Positions 24,530 to 34,120 of a stretch of 64,000 bases of DNA are shown in pieces. The DNA is from Sporopachydermia quercuum. Lineage: Eukaryota. The notes below the pieces were generated by a model that made no database searches, was not told where the DNA came from, and was given only the letters and a program-made list of their open reading frames with translations. Every line of letters begins with the position of its first letter. Within the stretch, counting starts at the first letter, position 1. A program made the position numbers and the translations under genes. The DNA lies in contig BCGN01000002.1 of NCBI GenBank assembly GCA_001599295.1, positions 2,170,001 through 2,234,000 on the forward strand. Reading direction: 5' to 3'.

Positions 24530-27067
24530 ATGCCTTCTCCTATTAACATCTCTCCAAATGGAGAGAAACAAAACACAAACAAACCATCAACGGAATCAAA
24601 GGCACAGAGCTATATCAACTCAAGGAAAGAGTACAGGTCATGTTTACAATATAAAACCACGGTCAATCGTGCAATAGAGACAAGATTGTTCAAAGTACAT
24701 AAATATGTTCTTAGTGGATTCGGTTTACTACCGTTAGTGCTCAATTATCTATATGGGTCCCATACAAGAGTCTTCCCTGAAGGATCATCGTTTTGGTCGA
24801 ACTTATTTCTACATTATCCTATGACTCTGTTGTTTCTACTGGGGATCTATAAAGGTTTCATCAGCATTATTTGGAGATATTATCACATTGATTTCAACAC
24901 ACGCTCATCATTAGGTCTCCAGTTGGTATATAGATTGTTTGCCAAAAGATACCTGGTACTATCAACAATATATTGCTTGTGGACGGTCTACACGTTCTAT
25001 CTTTTGCAGCCAGCTTTAGAGAGTGTTTCATTTTTCATTTCAGACGCTGAATATTCATTTTCTGCTCTAAATGAAATGGCAATTATCTATTACTTCCATG
25101 CTATAATGTTTGGCCTTAGCTACACCTATACAAACTACGTTTACTTTGATAGATCAAGGGTTCAGTTCAAAGAGGATTACTTCCAGAAACACTCTGGTTT
25201 GGTTTTGGCGGTTAATGCTGCTGTAAGAGGTGTCATTTGTCTAGCATCAACACCTCTCCTCAGTAGGATCTTATACTTCATTATTGGACCTTATTATTGG
25301 CTAATAGTTAGAAAGACGGTGGCTGTTTTCACATCTGATTTTCACTATAAAGATTNCAATACGTTCCCTAACCGTTTGATTACTGATATGTTCACGGTTT
25401 TCATTGAAGTTCTCCTGATTGCTATTTGGGAGGCTATAAACTATTTGATCCTTGTTGAAGTATTTGAGCCAGGTGCATTTATCCTCCGTAGTACAAGAAA
25501 TTTGCCGGAAACTATAACATCATTAAGTTCTCTTTCCGATCAACCAGACAATACACTAATATCAGGATTAGGGAAGATAAACGGAAAAGGAATAATACCT
25601 AAATACGTGAACTCTGCAGCCTTGCAAGAATTATGCTTCATAGCCAATTCCAGCAATGCAGATATGCAGAAAAGACGACAAAGTATTCTAGCTGATGTTC
25701 ACGATGCTAATGATTCGCGCACCTGGAAATGGTCCATTGTATTTCAGATTTGCTGCGAGCATATTGATGATACGATTGATAAGTTTACAGGCTCGTGCAA
25801 TGACGAGACGGTCAAATTCAAGGAGTTACTATCTTTTTCTCAAATCACGACTGGAAATAACAACAAAAATACCAATGGTAACATCGATGATAATATTTCA
25901 ACAACTGAATCTTTAGAAAATATCATCCAAATATTCGAAGTTGCCAATAAATCATTCGAGCAACGCTTACTTCAATCTCCCGATACATTCCAGTCGTGGT
26001 TTAAACCAATTGAGCAATCAAATGTTTCATGGATACAGTTTTTGTTGCCATCATCTTGGACCAAAGCGGCATCGTTCTTATTCGGTTTTGCACATGATTT
26101 GACCAAGATTCTAATCACATCATCATTTAAAACTGGAAAGGTGCGCGTGTCTGAGCTTATTCGAACTAAAGCCATTGTTGCAAGTGAACCATTTATTCGT
26201 GCTCTTCGTTTAAACCACACAGAAATTCGTAACTTAGAGAATAATCTAATACCTGAAGATCCTATCTCGTCATTAGTTTTCCCTATTCAAGCTTTAACTG
26301 GGTTCTTCAAGAACTCTTTGCAAGATGATAAATATGGTATTGTGCATGAATACTTACCAGGAGTGTTGATGAGATACTATACAGGATTGCTTACACTTCT
26401 AGCGTACTCAGTTGCACCAAAGATTGATAAATTTGATTTTGATTCTGCTGATGCTTTTGGTAGTAATGGTTCTAAACACAGACCTAATGCTTGCATTAAT
26501 TCCAAGATGGTGTCTTTGCTAATTAAGTATTACATCATTGGACTTTTCACTATTGGTTATACTTTCCGCGATTATATAATCACCATTCAAAAGGATCTAC
26601 CAGTTGAACTTCTACTAGTATTGAACTTTATATTCTCGGCATTCCAATGCACAGAGAAAGAATGCATGGCTATTGGTACAGACGCTAGTTTTCTATCAGA
26701 TCACAAAGTATCATTTGAGCAGTTATACCAATCACATGATTTTGATATCACTACCCAAGGTATTGAGCTAAATGGCAACACTGGTTCATTATTCAATTTA
26801 TATCGGTTAAAAACTAGAACTAAATATAGTAGTTTATTTCAAAATAAGCTACAATTATTCCCAAAGCTAAACGAAGAAGCTACTAAACCTGAAGAGGTTT
26901 CTGTCAATGAGAAAGTGGAGATTCTATTTTGTGAGCATTTGTGCCAGTTAAGGAAAGAACATTTACTTAATTTCTATAAAGGAGTTTACGAACCGAGCGT
27001 GGCCTTAAGAAGACAGCAAGCTGAGAAGTTTGGTGGTAAAAAAGAAATGAAAGAAAAGACGAGGTGA
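24530..27067 (+). CDS. NDC1: Transmembrane nucleoporin / spindle-pole-body protein Ndc1
   Basis: About six N-terminal TM helices, then Ndc1-like motifs SLSDQPDNTLISGL, ALQELCFIA, RRQSI, W..VFQIC, SLQDDKYGIV..LPGVL. Divergent from RAD52 as in S. cerevisiae (YML032C/YML031W). Confidence 0.8.
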   Translation: MPSPINISPNGEKQNTNKPSTESKAQSYINSRKEYRSCLQYKTTVNRAIETRLFKVHKYVLSGFGLLPLVLNYLYGSHTRVFPEGSSFWSNLFLHYPMTLLFLLGIYKGFISIIWRYYHIDFNTRSSLGLQLVYRLFAKRYLVLSTIYCLWTVYTFYLLQPALESVSFFISDAEYSFSALNEMAIIYYFHAIMFGLSYTYTNYVYFDRSRVQFKEDYFQKHSGLVLAVNAAVRGVICLASTPLLSRILYFIIGPYYWLIVRKTVAVFTSDFHYKDXNTFPNRLITDMFTVFIEVLLIAIWEAINYLILVEVFEPGAFILRSTRNLPETITSLSSLSDQPDNTLISGLGKINGKGIIPKYVNSAALQELCFIANSSNADMQKRRQSILADVHDANDSRTWKWSIVFQICCEHIDDTIDKFTGSCNDETVKFKELLSFSQITTGNNNKNTNGNIDDNISTTESLENIIQIFEVANKSFEQRLLQSPDTFQSWFKPIEQSNVSWIQFLLPSSWTKAASFLFGFAHDLTKILITSSFKTGKVRVSELIRTKAIVASEPFIRALRLNHTEIRNLENNLIPEDPISSLVFPIQALTGFFKNSLQDDKYGIVHEYLPGVLMRYYTGLLTLLAYSVAPKIDKFDFDSADAFGSNGSKHRPNACINSKMVSLLIKYYIIGLFTIGYTFRDYIITIQKDLPVELLLVLNFIFSAFQCTEKECMAIGTDASFLSDHKVSFEQLYQSHDFDITTQGIELNGNTGSLFNLYRLKTRTKYSSLFQNKLQLFPKLNEEATKPEEVSVNEKVEILFCEHLCQLRKEHLLNFYKGVYEPSVALRRQQAEKFGGKKEMKEKTR

Positions 27068-28021
27068 GTAACTGATGAGTATTGTTTGAATAGAGGAAGT
27101 TTATGTAAGAATAGAATAATGCATTGCGAAAATAAGATTATATAGTAAAAGGTGAGAACAGTGAGAGTAAGATGAAAACAATTGATATTTTTTTTAGGTT
27201 GAGATGCCCGTCATTTTGTTTGTCCAGTGCTGAGAAGTGCGCATTATCATATGCTGTTTAATTGGTTGATTGATCATTGCGATTCTAAATATTGTTAATT
27301 TTGTTCACTTTCAAATGGTCTATAATCGCGTACCCGTAAGATAAGTTTGAAATGAGTGCTAAGCACTGTATTATTTGGAACCTGAATCAAATAAACTGTC
27401 AAGAAATGAATTGTTTTATGGATTCAAAGCCTTGTGCCATATTCTCAGTGAAACTTTTGGAATCTTCCAATTAACTTAATTCAACTAGTTTAACCTATTG
27501 AAATGAAGCTTGTTTGAACTTAGAACTAGAGATCATTGATTCTCATGCATAAAAAAAATATGGGTTGAATTACGTTATTTAGTGCATTTTTCTTAAAGAT
27601 TACATACACACTCATTAGATGTGTTATTTTTCAACAATATGTTCATGTGCATATTTGTGCAGATGAGGGAACGTTCTGTACCTTAGATACATATATTTTG
27701 ACTTTAAGTTTAAATGCTTGTGCACATAACCAAGAATCCCTGAAAATAGTTTCAAGACCTTGGCTCTCTTGGCGCACTTGATAAGATAAGAGGACCAAGC
27801 AACTCACTAGTCAAATACCATTTTCTAGCTTGTGAAATCCCACTTTTTAGGGTAGAGTCATATCATATTTAATCGAAGAGAATCTTGTACATTTGTGCCA
27901 ACCTATACCTTTGTCCTCCCAGTAATGTTTTTCTTTTGCAGAGCAAGACAAGCTTCCCTAGTCTTTCAAAGAAGAAGCTTTGGAAATAGTTATACCAAGT
28001 TCCTCGATATCAGAAGCTGAG

Positions 28022-29377
28022 ATGCGTATTCTTAGAATTGTGACGAGGATTTTGACAGCGTTTTTGTCATTGCGACTGCCGCCCCTTGTTGAAGCAGAAA
28101 TTCCAGACCTGGAGATTTTATGTCCTAACCCAGTCTGGTCCGGTTTTGCTATGATGGCCCATAAATGCATATTGGAAAGCCCCATGGACGCGGCCGCATA
28201 CGCAAGGGCAGTCGCTTGCCTTACATTTCTAAATAAAGCTGCCTGCGATGACGGCCAGAAAGTAGTANTTGCTCACTACTTCGTGGTTGCCAAAGTTCTT
28301 CGGATGATTACGATATGTGATGAGTGGTTCATTGAAGGTGCCATCACCGCCCAACAGGTTTTTGCAGGGGTTCAATGTAAAAGCCCTCTACTTACTTATC
28401 TTGTGGCAATGACTGTACCGGACGTCGAAACTAGTCGATGCCATTGTGAAAATTTGGAGAAAAGCAAATTACTTGCTGCTGAACTAGAGAAAGCAAGAAC
28501 TATAAAAGAATTGGAGGAAATAATTCAGTTACCTGTTTCAGAAATTCCATTCAAAGCCCTAGAAATAAACCTCGAAGTCGNGTCCGTATTTAAAGACGTT
28601 GGCCCAGATTTTTATAAAGCATTGAAAGCGGGAATTTCACCACCGACCTTTGTTCTGACATACTTAACAGGAACGGTATCGCAAAAAGTAATATCATATT
28701 TGGCTAGAGAAGGAATTGGAGCAGGTATTGCCAGAGCGTTTGGCTCTATAGGTGTCGAGGTAACTCAAGTATCTGGAGGAACAGGATTACACAGAAGGCA
28801 AGAGCAAGATCTATTTAGTGGTTCATACGTTAGTCTCCTCACCATCAAACTCATGCCAAAGAACTCGTCCTATACTGTAGAGGAGATTGCGACGGCAACG
28901 GAAGAATTTTTGATGGCAAATTTAACTGTTATCTTTGACGAATTTGATTACGATCTTGAAGGAAGAGAGCTTATTGATGGTAGTCTTTCTGTTTCGATTA
29001 TTGAAGATCAATTAGTTTTGAATAGTTCTAATATTCAACAAATCATGCAATATACTGGTAACTTAGCGACTGGAGAGTTTTACGGCTCCGAAGAAATTGA
29101 AGAATTACCGTTGTATTCTTCTAGTATTTCTACTGTCTCCGATGTCGTCAGTTCGATCATATCCTCCTCATTGTCATTGTCATCTTCATCGTCGTTGCCA
29201 ACCTCACCCACCTCGACTTTCTCATCCTCGTCCTGGTCCTTATCCTCAACTTTTGACGCTTCTCCGTCGTCAGCCACATCAACTACGTCAACAGATCTGG
29301 CGGTTAATTACACTATCAGTTTATTCTACTCGTCTTGGTTGTTCATTGTATCGGTTATTGGTTTGATTGGCTTGTGA
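28022..29377 (+). CDS. Uncharacterised secreted / probable GPI-anchored cell-surface protein (8-Cys N-terminal domain, Ser/Thr stalk)
   Basis: First ATG at 28022 gives signal-peptide-like MRILRIVTRILTAFLSLRLPPLVEA; Ser/Thr-rich region near the end; hydrophobic C-terminus with no cytosolic tail; intronless ~451 aa ORF. Confidence 0.75.
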   Translation: MRILRIVTRILTAFLSLRLPPLVEAEIPDLEILCPNPVWSGFAMMAHKCILESPMDAAAYARAVACLTFLNKAACDDGQKVVXAHYFVVAKVLRMITICDEWFIEGAITAQQVFAGVQCKSPLLTYLVAMTVPDVETSRCHCENLEKSKLLAAELEKARTIKELEEIIQLPVSEIPFKALEINLEVXSVFKDVGPDFYKALKAGISPPTFVLTYLTGTVSQKVISYLAREGIGAGIARAFGSIGVEVTQVSGGTGLHRRQEQDLFSGSYVSLLTIKLMPKNSSYTVEEIATATEEFLMANLTVIFDEFDYDLEGRELIDGSLSVSIIEDQLVLNSSNIQQIMQYTGNLATGEFYGSEEIEELPLYSSSISTVSDVVSSIISSSLSLSSSSSLPTSPTSTFSSSSWSLSSTFDASPSSATSTTSTDLAVNYTISLFYSSWLFIVSVIGLIGL

Positions 29378-30499
29378 AACCCAGCTACGATGGATAGTTC
29401 CACTTTACTTACTGTTGGCCTGCAAATTTTATTTCTAGTTCATTAATGACCTAGTAAATGAACAAAACTCTTCAAATATAAACATCATAGGTTAACAATG
29501 AAACCTCGATCTTATGTAAATAAATCTTACCCCCAGTTTTCGGGAGACTCTGTAACTATATCGCACTAAAGTTTATTCTCTGCAGCTATAAATGAAACTT
29601 CATTGTGAGTTTCAAGTTTAAGTTAATGTAAGACCGAAAGGGGAAGTCACATTGAACCATTTTGTTGGGATTATGTGATTACCTATATATTAGGTTAAGA
29701 TTGTCTCTTCAAGCATGAAGATATAAGAGTTATAAAGCTTAAATACTTGAACGAATGCTTAAATGAAATTAAAGAGCAAAAAAGAGAGATGACAACCACA
29801 TGAATGTAGTAACTGTGCTAGCGCTAGCGAGAGATGTGTAGGATAATGCCGTTTATAATTGCACAAAGATGAAGTATTTAAACACGAAAAGTGACTTCAA
29901 AATGAATTGGAAGTATTCTCTTACATACCATAAATAGCGCTATAAATACTCTAGATAAGAAAGAAGGCTTTCATGATATAATTTTATACATCATTGCTTG
30001 ACAAACTTAGAACTATCAACGCCTCCTAGTTATTACGAATCGAGAATAATATCGTTGTAACCAGCTAGCTGTTTCTATGTAAGAGGCTAGTAATGGAAAA
30101 ATTGTCTTCCGGAAGTCTAATCTTAAGGAGTAATCCTCCAACTACATGGAATGATAAAGTTGCTGTCTATCAACAGACCATAGAACAGAGAGAAGTAGAA
30201 AGTACAATTAAGGTTATTTAAAATCATTATCACGTAATCAAAAATATCTTACAGAATAAGCTTTCTTCATCCTGAAATCAGAACTTCCTTTCAGGGAAAT
30301 AGAAAATCAAAGTAGAAAATTCGTTTCTATGGCTTCCGTTCTTTTCATCCATTTGTCATCTACATCGCTTTCTTCTTTGACTACTACCATCAATAAATCT
30401 TTATAACAAGCTTAAGATTATAATACACATAAACTCACAGATCTTATTAGTTATCTCTTCAAAGGATTTAATTGTTTCAGAGGCTGAAAATCCATCGTC

Positions 30500-32161
30500 A
30501 TGGCTCGTCCTGAAAAGTTCAAATTCAAACGGAAAGCAAATAAGTCCTCTAACAAGAAAGTATTCACTCCTTTGACACCAGAAGAGTTTCTTTTTGCTGC
30601 ATCTACAGAAGAGGAATCTGGGGACCGTTGGATTTCTTCTGATATCAAAAAGGCCCTGCGGTTCTACCAAAGAGCTTATGAATACTATCTACACGTTCTA
30701 GGCCTAGGCCCTGCATCTCAATGGAGATCTTCAGGACTAGTAACTATTCCACCTTCTTATCACATTGATGCCAACATTGTTGATGCTAGTTACAATATCA
30801 GTAGACTAGTATTTANTATATACTATAATATTATCAAGGAAAACGAAGAGGTTCTGAAACCAATTATAGAATCAGATGAGTATATAAAATGGGGAACTCC
30901 GGAATGTTGTATACTATCTTTAAACGATATATTGTCTGTGCATGTTGTGGCTATTGCTATCAACGAGAAAGTGTTGATTGAAAACTCTCAAATGGAGTAT
31001 TCAAGCCCTTGGGATCTCTATTATAATAATGGATTAGTTCTGGATGAGCTGTCCGAGCAGACATTCAAAGCTGGTGATGCTACAACTAGTAAGCATCTAT
31101 TGCAGCAATCATTTATATCGTTCATCAGATGCTACGAATTACAATCTAAAGAGCTAGATGAGCTTAACNTGAAAAGCTTCCAAATAGATAAGAATAATCA
31201 ATCACAGGAAACACAAGAAAAAGACACTTCCGAAGAAGAATCTGACCTTGACAGTGAATATGTTTCTATGAAAGAAAATGTGACACCTTCAAGTCTATTA
31301 GANACCATTTCAGCAGGAATGGATGATCTGGTAGATTATTTTGATATATTTGGTCTAGATATATTCTGCAAGTCTAGATTGCCAGTAATATTCAAAGAGT
31401 TGCATAAATTGCATAATCAGTATTTCTACAACTATAAAAGTAACCTATTGATACCTAAGCTTAGTACTGAAGATATGCAGACTAGTACTAACAATCTGCT
31501 TAGATGTCTATCAATTACCTGTGGTGATTTCGATCAGATGTTGCAACTTTGGACCGGAAATGAAGTTTTATTTGCCTTGGATGATGGAGTTGAAGTGCAT
31601 TTCAACACTGCGTATGAGAATCCAGAAAAACTGTTCATGGCTTCTGATTGCTTCCTATCGTTGTACGAGAAGCTCGAACAGCAAGCAGATCAGGAGTTCA
31701 AATGGAATGTACTTGTTCAAGCCTCTGGTATGATCACAAAAGCATTGAAGTCACTACAGGCGTTGATTTCTTCTTGTAATGACAAATCATTGAAAGCTGA
31801 ATATCAATTGCAAACTATTAAAGGATACATTCAGAAAGGCAATGTCGAGCTATGGAAGTTAGCATTGCAAAGCTACGTGAAAAGAGGTAGTAATGAGCAT
31901 TTACTACTACAGAATATAGTACAATGCTTTAAGAACGCTGAAATGCTTTCTAGGACTGGTAGTGAAATAAATGATGTTGCTTTGAATAAAGTGGCTAAAG
32001 CAAGATTAGGTAAGGAAGCCAGTGGTAGATTAGCTGTTGTACAAACGATTGTTAACGGTGCTAAGTTAGATGAGAGTGATTTGTACCTGGTTGAGATATT
32101 CAACGAAATGAAATCTGATGGGTTGCTAGAAGGGTTGAATTCTAATAGTAGTAGCAACTGA
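30500..32161 (+). CDS. Conserved fungal helical/TPR-like protein (UPF0656-like), function unknown
   Basis: 553-aa ORF; basic N-terminus, then TPEEFLFAASTEEESGDRW..SDIKKALRFYQRA and DASYNISRL, reminiscent of the UPF0656 family (recalled, unverified). Confidence 0.7.
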   Translation: MARPEKFKFKRKANKSSNKKVFTPLTPEEFLFAASTEEESGDRWISSDIKKALRFYQRAYEYYLHVLGLGPASQWRSSGLVTIPPSYHIDANIVDASYNISRLVFXIYYNIIKENEEVLKPIIESDEYIKWGTPECCILSLNDILSVHVVAIAINEKVLIENSQMEYSSPWDLYYNNGLVLDELSEQTFKAGDATTSKHLLQQSFISFIRCYELQSKELDELNXKSFQIDKNNQSQETQEKDTSEEESDLDSEYVSMKENVTPSSLLXTISAGMDDLVDYFDIFGLDIFCKSRLPVIFKELHKLHNQYFYNYKSNLLIPKLSTEDMQTSTNNLLRCLSITCGDFDQMLQLWTGNEVLFALDDGVEVHFNTAYENPEKLFMASDCFLSLYEKLEQQADQEFKWNVLVQASGMITKALKSLQALISSCNDKSLKAEYQLQTIKGYIQKGNVELWKLALQSYVKRGSNEHLLLQNIVQCFKNAEMLSRTGSEINDVALNKVAKARLGKEASGRLAVVQTIVNGAKLDESDLYLVEIFNEMKSDGLLEGLNSNSSSN

Positions 32162-32268
32162 GACTACGATGAATTCGATGAAATGAGTTTCTCCGAAGTA
32201 GAGGGAGACTGTGCATCACGTCTCTAGTACCGTAGTTTCAACGAAGGTATTCAAGTGAGAACAGTTGA

Positions 32269-32323
32269 TAAGAGAAGTCCACTAAGAGAAGTCCACTAAG
32301 AGAAGTCCACTAAGAGAAGCAAC
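32269..32323. repeat. 14-bp tandem repeat TAAGAGAAGTCCAC x3 plus one degenerate copy
   Basis: Directly visible ~110 bp after the stop codon at 32161. Confidence 0.9.
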
Positions 32324-32705
32324 TGGGGAGACGAATATTGCCGGCGTATTCAATAAAAAGTCAGCTCAAACGAATAAATATAGAGAACTATAAAGACGTT
32401 TTTATTTAGCTTACCTGACGATGAGATGTTGAAAATGAGTTTATGCATGAAATGCATTAGATGCATAGTATGTATGTTCATAATTAATGCTGCTGTGGAT
32501 CGAAGAGAGATGAATAAAGATTTTTTTTTATTGCTTGCACTAGATGGATTAGCAAGGGTAAAGCGTCTAGAAAAACTATAGTGAATGACGATGAGGTAAA
32601 AAAGAAAGAAAAAAGGCCTTATTGAAGTTTTTGTAGTTGTTACTCACCTTTGTCTTGTTCTTTTCTCCATAGTACATCTGCTAACTCTGTGTGTGTTACA
32701 AGTGT

Positions 32706-33274
32706 AGGGGAATTAAAGTTTTTGGGAATGATGCTGACTGCTTATACTGAAGTGCTCTTCTCAGAATTATTGCTATTCCATTTAGAATAGTAAGCGACTA
32801 ATTCATTTTATATTTAAAGTATCCCGTGGTGTCTAACAAAAGTAGCGTACTGATTTAGCCATCTTCATTGTAGGCTGCTTAATGGACATTTTCCATTGAA
32901 TGAGAGTGGCCTCAATTACCTACGCAACCCTCATAACCTTCTACACTTCATAGCCATATATAGTCATTGTCACAGTTTAGCTGATAAACTCATCGAGATC
33001 TCTCAATTTACCCCCACTGACTTTCGAAGCCATAGATTTCAAACTACTTCCCAATAGAACTTTTAGGTCAAGTCTACCTATTCGAGATATTCATCTACCA
33101 TACAGAATTGTCTTTTTCTTCATTATTAAGCAATATCTCAATTGTCCAACAATTAGTAAACAGAAAAACTCTGGAACTTATTTAGTGGAGCTATTACAAT
33201 TGCATAACCTGAGCTTATACTACGACTCCTCAAGCTGAAGTTCATTTCGTCACTAAATTGAAAATCATGAGTCA
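32706..33274 (+). promoter_or_regulatory. Stress-response motifs in the long catalase upstream region
   Basis: STRE AGGGG (32706-32710), Yap1-type TTAGTAA (33153-33159), AP-1/Gcn4 TGAGTCA (33268-33274). Short motifs, could be chance. Confidence 0.35.
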
Positions 33275-34120
33275 ACATTTAAAGTTTTACATGTTCGGTT
33301 TAATTTCCTAAATCGGTCAAACTAAGTTAACTCTACGACTATAATTGAAAGCAAAGTATTATGAGCTCTAAACTTTAAGTACTTTTCCTAACCACAATAT
33401 GACATCATATTGGTAATTGGTTTAATGGTTTTCTCATTAATTCTACTTATATGAATTGCTGAAAGAATCAAATGGGTAGTATCACAAAACAATTAAGTGA
33501 TAAATGAAAATCAACGAAAAGGATGGAGATGTTTATTTTGGAATTGAAAGTTTTGAATAATTACTTGTTCCAAGAGTTCAGCCAAGAACAATTAACTAAA
33601 TCGCTTATTTGTAGTTCATTTTGCGGTTATAGCCTGTGTTCTACTAGGTGACTTCTTAATTTCCTACAAACAATTGAAATGTGATTTCAAATAAAGCCTT
33701 TCATTCAATTGCATAATGCGGAGAAACCTTTTATCAATTAAGCTTCTCATTGTCAAAATAAAAACTAATGACATAAGTAGAATAACGGATTGATGCATGT
33801 ATCTATGATGATTAAACAATTGATCTTATTGGCTCTTATGAGATCATTTATTATTAATATCTCATATTTATCAATTGTATAAAGATCCATTGACTTCTGG
33901 TTATTTGGTTTCTAGTATTTCTTGGGTTATAATCCTAAAGGGTTCTTACTCGTCTTTTGGTCCTATATCGATCATTCTAACGTATTCCTACTACCAGTTC
34001 AAAGTATCTTTTAGATATTAGTATAAGTGCTATTATCACTATAAACGATTTCAGCTACCAATAAGTGTCTTGCTTAGTATTTCGACAGCTCTTATATAGT
34101 ATTCCTACCCTTTATTCAAA

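Noticed and set aside
32269..32323. CRISPR-like array
   Set aside because: Units are contiguous with no spacers, and the genome is eukaryotic.
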